Below, piece after piece: positions 18,946-27,306 of a stretch of DNA of 60,247 bases. Below the pieces are notes generated by a model that searched no databases, was not told the origin of the DNA, and was given only the letters and a program-made list of their open reading frames with translations. The stretch comes from an uncultured Candidatus Saccharibacteria bacterium. Its GTDB lineage: Bacteria > Patescibacteriota > Minisyncoccia > Phycocordibacterales > UBA9973. The first letter of the stretch is position 1, and each line of letters starts with the position of its first letter. The stretch covers positions 1-60,247 of the forward strand of contig CAZUZL010000006.1 of the NCBI GenBank assembly GCA_964625065.1, written 5' to 3'. The translations under genes were made by a program, and so were the position numbers.

Positions 18946-21546
18946 TTATATTGTAGGTGCTGGTTCTGTATTGGGTGTAATATTTACAGGTTCGTCAGTA
19001 GGTACAGGGTCAGGTGTTGGTGCCAGATCAGAATTTGTTATTGAGTCTGGTGTCTGTGGTGCTGGTGTTACATTACCACCGTTTTGGTTTACCATTTGTA
19101 AAAACTGGGCTTCAGTAATACATGTACTACCTACACATAGTTCTTTGGTTTCTATTTTGTCTGCATGTACTATTTTGGCGTACAAATCTGAAATTGTATT
19201 TTCAGTGTCAGCTAAGAAGTTTTTGACAATGTAACCAAAAGTTCCAGAAGTATTTGTATCTAATGAATTCAAATTTTGAATTTTCAAATCCATAGCACTT
19301 GTTTTTTCAATTAACTTTTGCAAACCTAACCATTCTGCCATAGACACGTCTTGGCCGTTTACGTGTTTGTCGTCACCGTGTTCTAATACAGGGTAGAATT
19401 CTTCGGCAATAAAACCGATTTTATTTAAACATTGTGGGCCATCACAGTATTCTGGTTTCCAGTCGTAACGGCGTACTGGAGTTGAAGCAATTAGTTCAAG
19501 TATATTTTCTTTTTCTATTGTTGTTATATTGTCTTTCCATATTCGTGACGAATTTGCAGTAAATGTGGTGTCACCGGCGGCGTTTAGGTACGACCCTGCG
19601 CCAGTGTTACAACCTGTACCTGTACCACCAATTTCTAACAAGTGGTCTGCATCGGCACACGATATTCCAACATTATTTGAAAATTGAAATGTCGGACTTG
19701 TTCCAGTTAATGCAAGTGTTGTTGAACCAGTACTACCAGTAGTGAACGAAAGGTAATTGGTTTGGTTATACCCCACTCTTAGTTGTTCTGTTGTAGAAAT
19801 AATATGTAATTTAGCTGAAGGTACAACTGCATCTGCCACACCTATACCTACTTTTAAAGTAGCATTATCAAAACTCATTAATGTATTACTATACGTTGGG
19901 GCACTATTAGTGTGGTCTGCCTTCAGTGTAAGTAATCGGTTAACTGACTTTAATTGCCATTCATACCCTGCGGAACTATCTGCAAACTGAAAACCTCCGG
20001 TAGATGTTCTATAACTAGTTGCAGATGTTAAACCATCGTAATTAACACTGAACTTTTCTAAACCCCCGACTTGAAAATCAGCAAGGTGTCCAACTGAACC
20101 AGTTGTTAAATTAATTGCTAAAACAGTTCCAGTAGAAACACCTGCGAATTTACCGGCTGACGCACCGTCGAACGCACCATTGCCTATAGAAATCAATCCA
20201 TAGTTAGTTGATGCGGTTTGGGCTCTAGGAATAGATAGGTACGAATTTACTGAAGGAGTGACACCGCCGATACCAACTGCTTGACTTAAACTAAAAGTAG
20301 GACTTGTTCCAGTTAATGCAAGTGTTGTTGAACCCGTTGAACTAACAGTTGTGGACATATAGTTAGATGCGTCGTAACCCAAACGCAATTGTTCAGTTAT
20401 ACCCAAAACATGCACAAAAGCAGCTGGACTGGCAGTGCCTATACCTAACCTATTTGTTGTATCGTCCCAAAACAAATTTGTATTGTCTTGGGATGTTGTT
20501 GTGCCGTTTGAAAACAAAACTGAACCCGTTGTAAGTGAAGGCAGTGTAAATGTACCCTTTGCATTTAATTGTGTTTGTATTGCCGATGTAACACCTGAAA
20601 GGTAACCAAGTTCAGTAGATGTAGTTGCACTAGAAACAAGGTTTTTAGAAGCATCTGTTGCTAGTGCAGTACTTGCTGTTAAACCTGAAAAATTTATAGT
20701 GCCCGAAGAAGTTATGCCAGTAGCTGCAGCTATGGCCCCACTAGAGTTAACACGAAAACCTGCACTAGTACCCACGTTAAACATCGATGTTGTAGTAGCG
20801 GAACCAATTGTAACGTTTGTAGTTCCATCTTCTCCAAGTCTGATTGCGCCATTACTAACAATTCGGAATTTATATTTATGGTCAACAGAGTCGTAAACTA
20901 TAAACGAGTCGTCTGTTTGTTTTCCAAAAAACCAAACTTCTTGTGGGCCGTTGTTAAAAGTAAATGCAGCTTGGTATGTACCTTCGCGTGCTTGGAATCT
21001 ACCATATACACCGTCGTCAAAACTTGTAACATCTAGGGCAACCTGTGGTGTTGCTGTACCTATACCAAGCCTGTTGTTAACTTCATCATACGCACTGTTA
21101 CCAAATATTATTTTGCCTTTTGTTGAATTAGTTGTTGAATTTAAAGTTAGTGTGTCGCCTGCATCAATGCCGCCATAAATATCTTGCCCACCAGACACAC
21201 CAGTAGACAAATCGTTTGTTACAGTTCCAGATGTATTTGTTAGACCGGTAGAAAAAGTGTTTTGGGTTACATCGCCCCACGAAACAGTACTACCATCTGT
21301 TGTTAAATATTTTCCATTATTACCTGTTTGGTCAGGCAGTATACCTACAGCACAGTTTGTAGACCCAGGTGCACATGTAGGGTTTAGGGTTTCGCCGGCA
21401 TTGTATGTAGATACTGGTGGTGTAGCGAACACACTAACTGCAAAAGAAAATAGTATAAAAAACACGAACATAGAAAAAGCAAGGCCGTGTCGTGCGACAA
21501 AACGCCCCATTTCTTTTGCTTTTCGAATAAGGAAAATGGTGTTCAT
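18946..21546 (-). CDS. surface fibre protein, larger paralog with the same N- and C-terminal modules
   Basis: It has the same ATPPVSTYNAGETLNPTCAPGSTNC module. Two internal copies of a TLALTGTSPTF..(A/N)VGI block are present. The chaperone-like region reads SSRIWKDNI..RRYDW..IGFIAEEFYPV, and the C-terminal LDTNTSGTFGYIVKNFLA block matches LDTNTTGTLGYLIKNFLA in the neighbour. Confidence 0.75.
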   Translation of the reverse strand: MNTIFLIRKAKEMGRFVARHGLAFSMFVFFILFSFAVSVFATPPVSTYNAGETLNPTCAPGSTNCAVGILPDQTGNNGKYLTTDGSTVSWGDVTQNTFSTGLTNTSGTVTNDLSTGVSGGQDIYGGIDAGDTLTLNSTTNSTKGKIIFGNSAYDEVNNRLGIGTATPQVALDVTSFDDGVYGRFQAREGTYQAAFTFNNGPQEVWFFGKQTDDSFIVYDSVDHKYKFRIVSNGAIRLGEDGTTNVTIGSATTTSMFNVGTSAGFRVNSSGAIAAATGITSSGTINFSGLTASTALATDASKNLVSSATTSTELGYLSGVTSAIQTQLNAKGTFTLPSLTTGSVLFSNGTTTSQDNTNLFWDDTTNRLGIGTASPAAFVHVLGITEQLRLGYDASNYMSTTVSSTGSTTLALTGTSPTFSLSQAVGIGGVTPSVNSYLSIPRAQTASTNYGLISIGNGAFDGASAGKFAGVSTGTVLAINLTTGSVGHLADFQVGGLEKFSVNYDGLTSATSYRTSTGGFQFADSSAGYEWQLKSVNRLLTLKADHTNSAPTYSNTLMSFDNATLKVGIGVADAVVPSAKLHIISTTEQLRVGYNQTNYLSFTTGSTGSTTLALTGTSPTFQFSNNVGISCADADHLLEIGGTGTGCNTGAGSYLNAAGDTTFTANSSRIWKDNITTIEKENILELIASTPVRRYDWKPEYCDGPQCLNKIGFIAEEFYPVLEHGDDKHVNGQDVSMAEWLGLQKLIEKTSAMDLKIQNLNSLDTNTSGTFGYIVKNFLADTENTISDLYAKIVHADKIETKELCVGSTCITEAQFLQMVNQNGGNVTPAPQTPDSITNSDLAPTPDPVPTDEPVNITPNTEPAPTI

Positions 21547-21599
21547 GTATTTTATAGAAAATTCAATTTCTATATGGGTATTATACCATTTTTAAATAG

Positions 21600-21632
21600 A
21601 AAAATCGCCTAATTTTTAAGCGATTTTTCTGT
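21600..21632 (-). terminator. intrinsic terminator after pheS-like gene
   Basis: ATCGCCTAA/TTAAGCGAT imperfect stem with T-runs. Confidence 0.45.
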
Positions 21633-21653
21633 GCAAAACTTTTTATTTTTTAA

Positions 21654-22871
21654 TTAAGCTGCATAACCCCCTACACCTTGGTGTAGTTTTGCATATGCAT
21701 CTGTATACATATCTGCTGCTTCTGGTTTTGTTAGTGTTTTGTCGGGGTGCCGTAAGATTATTCTAACTAGAACGTTGTCTTGACCCTCTTTTGCACCAAG
21801 GCGCTGTCGTGCAACTTCTGGAAGCTTTTCGTATGGTGTTCTGTCTAGTATTTTGACTTCTTCTAACATGTCGGCATTGTTTCCAAATACATTTCGAATG
21901 TTTTCACAAATGTCTTCTTCGGTGTCGTCTTTGCTTACAGTATACGACATGTCGCGTGTCATGGCAGGTTGGTCAGAAACAGATTTGTATTTTTCTATAT
22001 TTGTCATCTGTTTTATTATGCGTGGGTCGGTTGAACGTATCAGACGTATGTCGGGTAAACTTTTTCGTGCCATTATTAAACGTTCTATACCCATACCTAA
22101 TGCAAGCCCATTAACACGCTCTGGGTCTAAACCTGAATTAATTAAAACTTGTGGGTTTACTAAACCAGCCTCGAAAACTTCAATTTGTTTGCCATCGGCT
22201 TCTGCATAAACTTCTATACCGTCAACAGTGTACGGGTGTTTAGCTTCTAGTACAACCATTTTTGCATCTGGGCAGGCAGCTTCGAAAACAGTTTTTGCAA
22301 GGTTTAATAAATCTTCTCTTGTAGGTTTGCCATATTTAGAAACGTCTTGTAGTGTCCACACATCTATCTGGTGGAAAACATCAAGGTGCCGTGGGTCTAT
22401 AACGTCACGTCTGTAAACAAGTCCAGGTAAAACAAAAGTAGTTTTATCTATTTCTGCATCTTTTATTTTTTCGTATGTTTGTGGTATTAGTGCTGAAGTA
22501 TGTGTACGTAAAACATGGTCTTCATCTGTGTAGCGTGTATATGTAGCAGAACGACCAGGGTTACCTGGTGTAAAAAGTAGTTTGTCGAAGTTGTCTTTAG
22601 CTTCAACTATTGGGTTACCACGAACAATGGTAATGTTCTGAAAATTATTTTGTTTGAGTTTTTCTACAACAGCGTCGAAAACTTTACCGATAATATTTCG
22701 TGTACTTGGGTCAGCACTTTCGGCAGTTAGGTCTGTAACTTCTAAAAGCTTTTCAATGGTTTCCTTGGGTGTTACTTCGAACTTCAGACGCATTGGTAAA
22801 TCAGGGTTTTCCTTCAAAACCTCTACCTCTGCCCTTTTTAAAGCTGTATTTTCCATTACCCCAATATACAC
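21654..22871 (-). CDS. pheS: single-chain phenylalanyl-tRNA synthetase (PheS catalytic core fused to an FDX-ACB anticodon-binding domain)
   Basis: The class II core reads NFDKLLF, VLRTHTSA, GLVYRRDVIDPRHLDVFHQ and GLALGMGIERLIMARKSLPDIRLIRSTDPRIIKQ. About 95 aa then follow (SDQPAMTRDMSYTV...LVRIILRHPDKTLTKPEA) that look like the ferredoxin-fold anticodon-binding domain normally at the PheT C-terminus. The start may be Met6. Confidence 0.8.
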   Translation of the reverse strand: MYIGVMENTALKRAEVEVLKENPDLPMRLKFEVTPKETIEKLLEVTDLTAESADPSTRNIIGKVFDAVVEKLKQNNFQNITIVRGNPIVEAKDNFDKLLFTPGNPGRSATYTRYTDEDHVLRTHTSALIPQTYEKIKDAEIDKTTFVLPGLVYRRDVIDPRHLDVFHQIDVWTLQDVSKYGKPTREDLLNLAKTVFEAACPDAKMVVLEAKHPYTVDGIEVYAEADGKQIEVFEAGLVNPQVLINSGLDPERVNGLALGMGIERLIMARKSLPDIRLIRSTDPRIIKQMTNIEKYKSVSDQPAMTRDMSYTVSKDDTEEDICENIRNVFGNNADMLEEVKILDRTPYEKLPEVARQRLGAKEGQDNVLVRIILRHPDKTLTKPEAADMYTDAYAKLHQGVGGYAA

Positions 22872-22906
22872 TTTTTAAGTAGTATTTTCAATGGTATAAT
22901 ATATAC

Positions 22907-23011
22907 ATGACAAAAAATACCAAGTACATACTAATATTAGCGCTGGTAACACTATTAGCACTTGGTTTTTACTTGGGTTGGTTAGATAACGGAACAAAAC
23001 CTTTATTTTAA
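22907..23011 (+). CDS. possible 34-aa single-TM peptide (not in supplied ORF track)
   Basis: ATG at 22907 lies 6 nt after a TATAAT (22895-22900), which suggests a leaderless mRNA. Translation: MTKNTKYILILALVTLLALGFYLGWLDNGTKPLF. Confidence 0.3.
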   Translation: MTKNTKYILILALVTLLALGFYLGWLDNGTKPLF

Positions 23012-23012
23012 A

Positions 23013-23726
23013 TTACCAACGTTTTTCTAAATACAGTATCATTGAACGGCGTTTACCGTGTGATATGTGTTTGTGTGATTTTTCTATTTTATGAATATCA
23101 AAATAAGGTTCCATTACCCTTTTAACTTCGGCTTCAGTATAAACATATTCGTACACATTCATTTCTGGGTGTATGTATGCACCTGGTTCGTCAGCGGGGC
23201 GTTCTTGTAAAAGTTTTTTAACATGCAGGTCCTCATCAGCCAAAAATGTTTTAAATATATAAAATCCACCAGGGCGTAACATTCTATAAACTTCTTTTAT
23301 TAACACTTCCCTTTCTGCTGAACGCAAAAAATGCGACACCATCATGTCTAAAACCATGTCTACAGATTCGTCCGCAATGTCTGGGTATGTACCTGCAACA
23401 CTGCGAACTTCGTATGCTAAATCAAGTTTTGTTTTGCCAACTACAGAAGCTTTTTTAGCTTGTGCTATTGCTGATTCTGAAATATCGCACCCATAACCAT
23501 GCACACCAGCATTAGTTGAAATGTAAATAATATTACGTCCATTACCACAACCCAGGTCTACAACAAAAGACTTTCTGTCTAAAACAAGTGGTTCCTTTTG
23601 TCTTTCATTCCAACGGAAAAACTTTAACAAGTCACCCGAAGGCACGGTAGAAAGTTTTAAATGTCTTGGGTCAGAATATTCTTGTTCCCAGAATTTTTTA
23701 TTTATTTTTTTAGATATTTTTGCCAT
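23013..23726 (-). CDS. class I SAM-dependent methyltransferase
   Basis: VVDLGCGNGRN (motif I) and LRPGGFYIF (post-II) motifs. Confidence 0.8.
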   Translation of the reverse strand: MAKISKKINKKFWEQEYSDPRHLKLSTVPSGDLLKFFRWNERQKEPLVLDRKSFVVDLGCGNGRNIIYISTNAGVHGYGCDISESAIAQAKKASVVGKTKLDLAYEVRSVAGTYPDIADESVDMVLDMMVSHFLRSAEREVLIKEVYRMLRPGGFYIFKTFLADEDLHVKKLLQERPADEPGAYIHPEMNVYEYVYTEAEVKRVMEPYFDIHKIEKSHKHISHGKRRSMILYLEKRW

Positions 23727-23769
23727 TCTGATTTTCTGAATTAAAATTTATAACTTTCTACTTTCAACT

Positions 23770-24240
23770 TTATAACTTACTTTTATGCGGTAGTGGGTGT
23801 AAATGTGCGGCAATACCAATTGCAGTTGCAATAATAACTAGGTTTTTAATTATGTATTGACCTTCTAATGTTGGTACCATAAAACCAGACCATGTTTCTG
23901 TGGGTAGTAAAAATAGTGGCCCAAAAGTGGTTACCATGTGCACAAACAACATTGGTATAACAACACGTTCAAAACCACGAACTAAAAACAAAATACCGAT
24001 AACACATTCAAATATACCAAACCCAATTAAAAATGAATGAAAAGAAATAAAAGGTACAGTGTTTTCAAAAAGCCTTTGTACTAGACCAGATGCTGGTGAA
24101 AGACCAATAACCTTCAAAAAACCGAACCAGAAAAACACCACGAAAAGCCCAAACCGCGCAACAGGTACAGAAACCCTGCGGAAAAAATGTATAAGCTTTG
24201 CATCTAATATGTCTATTTTCATAAAATCAGTATAACACAA
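23770..24240 (-). CDS. integral membrane protein (4 predicted TM helices)
   Basis: Hydrophobic segments FGLFVVFFWFGFLKVIGL, FLIGFGIFECVIGILFLV, MLFVHMVTTFGPLFLL and LVIIATAIGIAA. The start is possibly the Met at 24222. Confidence 0.65.
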   Translation of the reverse strand: MCYTDFMKIDILDAKLIHFFRRVSVPVARFGLFVVFFWFGFLKVIGLSPASGLVQRLFENTVPFISFHSFLIGFGIFECVIGILFLVRGFERVVIPMLFVHMVTTFGPLFLLPTETWSGFMVPTLEGQYIIKNLVIIATAIGIAAHLHPLPHKSKL

Positions 24241-24268
24241 AACACCCCATATGGGGTGTTTTGATTTG

Positions 24269-24342
24269 CGCGGTCGAGCGGACTTGAACCGCCAACCTCC
24301 CGCGTGACAGGCGGGTGCTCTAACCAGTTGAGCTACGACCGC
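24269..24342 (-). tRNA. tRNA-Asp (GTC)
   Basis: The minus strand folds as GCGGTCG-TA-GCTC..GAGC-A-CCCGC-CTGTCAC-GCGGG-AGGTT-GGCGG-TTCAAGT-CCGCT-CGACCGC-G. CCA is not encoded. Confidence 0.85.
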
Positions 24343-24428
24343 AAATGTGGTCTATGTCCTGTAATCTATTGGACTATTGTATTATACATATTTTTGTATA
24401 AAATCCAAGCCCTATATTGCATTTTCTG

Positions 24429-24502
24429 TGTCGGTAACAAGAGTTGCACTTGTGACCTTCGCTTTATGAGTGCGATGCTCTAACTACCTGAGCTATACCG
24501 AC
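24429..24502 (-). tRNA. tRNA with CAT anticodon (elongator Met or Ile2), non-canonical T-loop
   Basis: It folds as GTCGGTA-TA-GCTC-AGGTAGTTA-GAGC-A-TCGCA-CTCATAA-AGCGA-AGGTC-ACAAG-TGCAACT-CTTGT-TACCGAC-A. The 1:72 pair is G:C. There is an A31:A39 mismatch, and the T-loop reads TGCAACT instead of TTCRANY. Confidence 0.65.
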
Positions 24503-24511
24503 AATGCATAC

Positions 24512-24540
24512 ACATTAGCACAAAAAATATAAAATTTCAA
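24512..24540 (-). promoter_or_regulatory. sigma70-like promoter for the tRNA-Met/tRNA-Asp pair
   Basis: The minus strand reads TTGAAA - 17 nt - TAATGT, ending about 10 nt before the tRNA 5' end. Confidence 0.45.
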
Positions 24541-24608
24541 ATTTTTATAGATATTTGCCCTAATTTGGTAAAATGACTTTTCCACATATATGTTTTCTGG
24601 GGCCATAC

Positions 24609-24637
24609 TTGCATTATATTTCTATATAATATATAAT
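24609..24637 (+). promoter_or_regulatory. sigma70-like promoter for the initiator-like tRNA
   Basis: TTGCAT - 17 nt - TATAAT, ending 14 nt before the tRNA 5' end. Confidence 0.5.
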
Positions 24638-24651
24638 GAGTTTCTACCGTT

Positions 24652-24722
24652 AGCGGGTTAGAGGAACGGTACCTCATCAGGCTCATAACCTGAGGAAGCC
24701 AGTTCGACTCTGGCACCCGCCA
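24652..24722 (+). tRNA. initiator-type tRNA-Met (CAT)
   Basis: It folds as AGCGGGT-TA-GAGG-AACGGTA-CCTC-A-TCAGG-CTCATAA-CCTGA-GGAA-GCCAG-TTCGACT-CTGGC-ACCCGCC-A. Positions 1:72 are unpaired (A:C). The A11:U24 pair is the bacterial initiator hallmark. Two G:C pairs close the anticodon stem. Confidence 0.7.
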
Positions 24723-24729
24723 CAATAAC

Positions 24730-24760
24730 AAAACACCCCGTTTGAAAGGGGTGTTTTGTA
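24730..24760. terminator. intrinsic terminator
   Basis: ACACCCC/GGGGTGT stem followed by a T-run. It lies between the tRNA and a convergent membrane-protein gene. Confidence 0.6.
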
Positions 24761-24821
24761 TTACAAAATCATCTAAAATTTTTGGCCGCGCCTATAGGAC
24801 TCTTACGCGGCCCGAATTCGT

Positions 24822-25520
24822 TCACAATTTGCCTGCCTCCCTAAACACCTTTTCATACAAACCGATAACACGTGTGGCTTCACGGCGGTCTATGGTGTAC
24901 GACAGTCCGGCATGGGCAATGTTGTTACGTACCTTGTGGGCTTCCCAGGCGTCTTGGACATAGCGCATGTCACCTGTGTCTAGATTCTTCAATCTTTCCC
25001 CTAGTGTTTCGCCACTGGTTTTCCAACCACGAGATATTTCTTCTAGAACTGTGTCGGCTTCAATAATAGCTAAACGCCAGTCGTTTGGGTTGTCAGAATC
25101 TGCATGACTTTTGATAAGTTCCCACCTTGCATTTGTTTTCTGTGCTGGGGTTGCAACAACTACAACTTTTTCAGCATCAGCCTTGGCTTTGTTTTCTTTT
25201 TGTATTTCCCACAAACGAACCAAAGAATATAAAATAATAGCAATAAGAAAAATAGAAATAATAGAAACTATTATTACATAACCATGCAAAATAGTGTCAG
25301 CAACAACAAGAGAATGTTTTTTAGTAACCACGTCGCCTGCTATATACATATACTGACCAAGCCAAGAATCAGGAGAAATATTAAAACCAAGTAGTCTAGC
25401 TACAAATGCAATTATAACAATAAAAAAACGAAAAACTTGATAGAAAACATAGTCCAAACTTAAAAATGTTGGAGTAAACGTAGGTATATTTTGTATTTGT
25501 TGTGGCAACTGTGGGCCCAT
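24822..25520 (-). CDS. membrane protein with C-terminal soluble domain, unknown function
   Basis: Two or three TM helices in the first 110 aa, then a charged helical domain (DWRLAIIEADTVLEE..AHKVRNNIAHAG). TGA stop. Confidence 0.65.
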   Translation of the reverse strand: MGPQLPQQIQNIPTFTPTFLSLDYVFYQVFRFFIVIIAFVARLLGFNISPDSWLGQYMYIAGDVVTKKHSLVVADTILHGYVIIVSIISIFLIAIILYSLVRLWEIQKENKAKADAEKVVVVATPAQKTNARWELIKSHADSDNPNDWRLAIIEADTVLEEISRGWKTSGETLGERLKNLDTGDMRYVQDAWEAHKVRNNIAHAGLSYTIDRREATRVIGLYEKVFREAGKL

Positions 25521-25575
25521 GTGTATATTGTACTTTATTTATAGTACTAATGAAAGACTTTCTGTAGTAGAAAAT

Positions 25576-26994
25576 TTATTTAAAAATTTCTTCACACTTT
25601 TTACCAATTTCAAAAAGAAGGTTTTCACCAAAATGTGGTGCCATAAACTGTATACTATGTACCAGATTATTTTCTGCAGGACCTGATGGTATAGATATAC
25701 CAGGTATACCAGCCACGTTTGCAGACACAGTAAACAAGTCAGACAACTTCATGGCCATTGGGTCGTTCATTTTTTCGCCGAATTTAAATGCTAATGTAGG
25801 TGCGGTTGGTGTCATTATTACATCTACTTTTTCAAATACATTTGCAATTTCTTTTCTGATTGCATTCTGAACTTTTATAGCAGAACCATAATATGCGTCG
25901 TAGTAACCATGACTAAGCACATATGTACCCAACATAATACGTCGGCGAACTTCTTTACCGAAACCAACACCACGAGTTTTAGTGTATGTTTCTAATAAAT
26001 TTTTACCAGGCAATGAAAGACCGTAACGCATACCGTCGTAACGTGCTAAGTTACTTGAAGCTTCGGCTGGTAATATAATATAGTAAACAGCTAACGAATG
26101 TTCAGTTAGAGGTAAATCAATATCCACCAGTTCGTAACCAGCATTTTTTAATTTTGTGCAAGTTTCGTCAAAATTTTTCTTAATAGATTCTTCTATACCT
26201 TCACCCTTTACCCAACTAGTTGGTATACCAATTTTTTTTACATTTGTTTTTTTACAAATTCTTTTTTCCATCGGTACACTAGTACTGTCCATACCATCAT
26301 AAACATTTGTTGCATTAAAAAGTATTTCAGTGTCTGCAACTGTTTTTGTTACTGGACCAATCTGGTCAAAAGACGAAGCCAGTGCCATAAGTCCGTAACG
26401 TGACACAGTTCCGTATGTTGGCTTTAAACCAACTAAACCCGTGTATGCTGCTGGCTGGCGTATAGAACCACCTGTGTCTGATGCAAACGCTGCCAGTGCC
26501 CCGTCCATAGCAACTGATGCAACTGGACCACCTGACGAACCACCTGGTACACGGTCTGTTGCCAATGGGTTTTTTGTAGGACCATAACAAGATGTTTCAG
26601 TAGAAGACCCCATGGCACTGTCGTCCATGTTTGTTCTACCCAACAATACCGCACCCGACTTTTTAAGTTCGGAAATTACAGTGCCGTCGTATATAGATAT
26701 GTGGCCTTTTAATATGTCAGACCCACCGGTTGATTCTTTGCCTTTAACCAGCATGTTGTCTTTAACTGAAATTGGAATACCAGTTAGTAAAGTTGCGGTA
26801 CCGTTTTTAAACATTTCTTCAGCATGTTTAGCCTGGTCCAGCACATCTGTAAAAACTTCTACATATGCGTTTATGTCGGCGTTTTTTTCGGAAATTACAT
26901 TTAGGTATGCTTGTGCCAGTTCTGTTGCAGTGTAAACACCAGATACTAGATCTGCATGAGCTTTTTCAATTGTTAGGTTTTTCAGGTCAATCAT
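25576..26994 (-). CDS. gatA: Asp/Glu-tRNA amidotransferase subunit A
   Basis: Amidase signature GGSSGGPVASVA..SDTGGSIRQPA. Translationally coupled to gatC. Confidence 0.95.
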   Translation of the reverse strand: MIDLKNLTIEKAHADLVSGVYTATELAQAYLNVISEKNADINAYVEVFTDVLDQAKHAEEMFKNGTATLLTGIPISVKDNMLVKGKESTGGSDILKGHISIYDGTVISELKKSGAVLLGRTNMDDSAMGSSTETSCYGPTKNPLATDRVPGGSSGGPVASVAMDGALAAFASDTGGSIRQPAAYTGLVGLKPTYGTVSRYGLMALASSFDQIGPVTKTVADTEILFNATNVYDGMDSTSVPMEKRICKKTNVKKIGIPTSWVKGEGIEESIKKNFDETCTKLKNAGYELVDIDLPLTEHSLAVYYIILPAEASSNLARYDGMRYGLSLPGKNLLETYTKTRGVGFGKEVRRRIMLGTYVLSHGYYDAYYGSAIKVQNAIRKEIANVFEKVDVIMTPTAPTLAFKFGEKMNDPMAMKLSDLFTVSANVAGIPGISIPSGPAENNLVHSIQFMAPHFGENLLFEIGKKCEEIFK

Positions 26995-26995
26995 A

Positions 26996-27283
26996 TTACA
27001 AAATCTTTTTTACCTTAATAAAGTTACCGTCATGGTCGGGGGCATTAGCAACAACAGCGTCTGTATAAACACCTTCGGGCAATGTGCCAGTGTCTGCACG
27101 CATAACGTTAGTTAGTGTTAATTCAGGGTTTCCGTCAGCTTCTGGTATGGACGCGGCAACGGCCCGTATTTGGTCTACATAGGCCAAAACAGAGTCCATA
27201 TCACGTGCAACAGACTCTAGTTCTGTTTGGTCCATATCTATACGTATAAGGTCGGCAAGCTTTTGTACTTCAGTTAATGTCAT
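26996..27283 (-). CDS. gatC: Asp/Glu-tRNA amidotransferase subunit C
   Basis: 95 aa with a LADLIRIDM..ELE..D...VL.YVDQI pattern, immediately upstream of gatA. Confidence 0.85.
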   Translation of the reverse strand: MTLTEVQKLADLIRIDMDQTELESVARDMDSVLAYVDQIRAVAASIPEADGNPELTLTNVMRADTGTLPEGVYTDAVVANAPDHDGNFIKVKKIL

Positions 27284-27306
27284 GGGTAAACTATAGCAAA
27301 AAAGCC

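Noticed and set aside
17245-21546. Diversity-generating retroelement targeting the fibre proteins, or a cryptic prophage
   Set aside because: No reverse transcriptase, template repeat, capsid, terminase or integrase genes are nearby. The flanks are gyrB and the PheRS gene.
24537-24731. 64-aa minus-strand ORF
   Set aside because: It overlaps the initiator-type tRNA and its promoter, so it is an artefact of the ORF caller.
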